NCBI RefSeq assembly: GCF_023055435.1
Contig: NW_025963890.1
Coordinates: 53,010,001-53,074,000 of the forward strand
Direction: 5' to 3'
DNA: 64,000 nucleotides
From: Haliotis rufescens
Taxonomy: Eukaryota
The notes under the pieces: model-generated
Databases searched by the model: none
What the model was told of the DNA's origin: nothing
What the model saw: only the letters and a program-made list of their open reading frames with translations
Made by a program: the position numbers and the translations under genes
Shown: piece by piece, positions 63,211 to 64,000 of the stretch
How the letters are laid out: the number at the start of each line of letters is the position of its first letter
Position numbering within the stretch: position 1 is the stretch's first letter

Positions 63211-64000
63211 TCTTCAAAGACCTAAGACAAGGACGTTAACTGACTAACTAAAAGTCCAGTTTCAACTCTTGCCGAACTTGGATGGAATTTCAATGTTCGA
63301 TCGTAGCGCCACCAGTGGTTGCTACGAGTTATGTCCCTTCTATGTCCCGCCTATTGACCAATCAGATTCCATCTCTCATATCACTTGTATTTGCTTCAAA
63401 CCAAATGGCGGCGTCCAATCAAGACGATCTAATTGATAGTCAAGATATATATTGTAATGAAACGTGTCTTACCCCGCAATAAAATCACTTGAGCACCTAA
63501 ATTAAAAACTTGAAAAGATTTGCAATCTGTCGATGCCTAATCCTGCAGTGGACCGAAATCTGCACGTTGAAATCCATGTTGTTTACGAACCGGATGTCTA
63601 GTTCGCTATGCGATTTTGATTGGACTATGCATAGACTCGTTAGTCCAGTCAAAATGTAACTCCGCAATTCCAGCCTAGTTCGGCAAGGGTGGAAACTGGA
63701 CTTTTATAGTCAGTTAACGCCCTTGCCTCGGGAATATGAAAACTGCACTTTTTTAGTCAGTCAAAGCTATTGACTCTATCAATGTATTAAACTATAGACG
63801 TGGTCAGTAACACACACTACTGCGTAAACGGCTCATATACACTAACCTAAGAAGAACAGAAGCAGTATGCTTACATTCACAACTGGGTTTTTGCTGGAGA
63901 TAATCGACTGATGCCAGGTTCCAGCGTTGCTCTACAAGGAAATGGCATTCTTATCGAAATGACGTCATTTCAAATGAATTGACAACATAGTTGGGACATA

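Overview
This is eukaryotic, intron-rich and repeat-rich genomic DNA with one assembly gap (5155-5364). It is most likely from a mollusc, inferred from the Sec-rich SELENOP. Four spliced genes can be built by hand with GT-AG junctions and consistent phases. (1) SELENOP (+, CDS 12633-15558, 594 aa) is missed by the ORF track because it holds 43 in-frame TGA (selenocysteine) codons: one in the N-terminal UxxC motif and 42 in a U-Q-U-repeat tail that ends at TAG. One clear and one probable SECIS follow in the 3' UTR. (2) A Cys-type ER glutathione peroxidase of the GPX7/8 family (-, 19439-22544, C-terminal HEEL). (3) CDC20/fizzy (+, 22851-36626), head-to-head with the GPX across about 300 bp, with its ATG split by intron 1. 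(4) TRAPPC5 (-, 45932-57714). The window also holds a degenerate but structurally complete DIRS1-type tyrosine-recombinase retrotransposon (37519-41755), three SINE families, several MITEs and nested DNA transposons, old RT fragments and six large minisatellite arrays, some of which arose at splice junctions. The headline is the 43-Sec SELENOP recoding system, in which 34 of 43 UGAs are followed by C.
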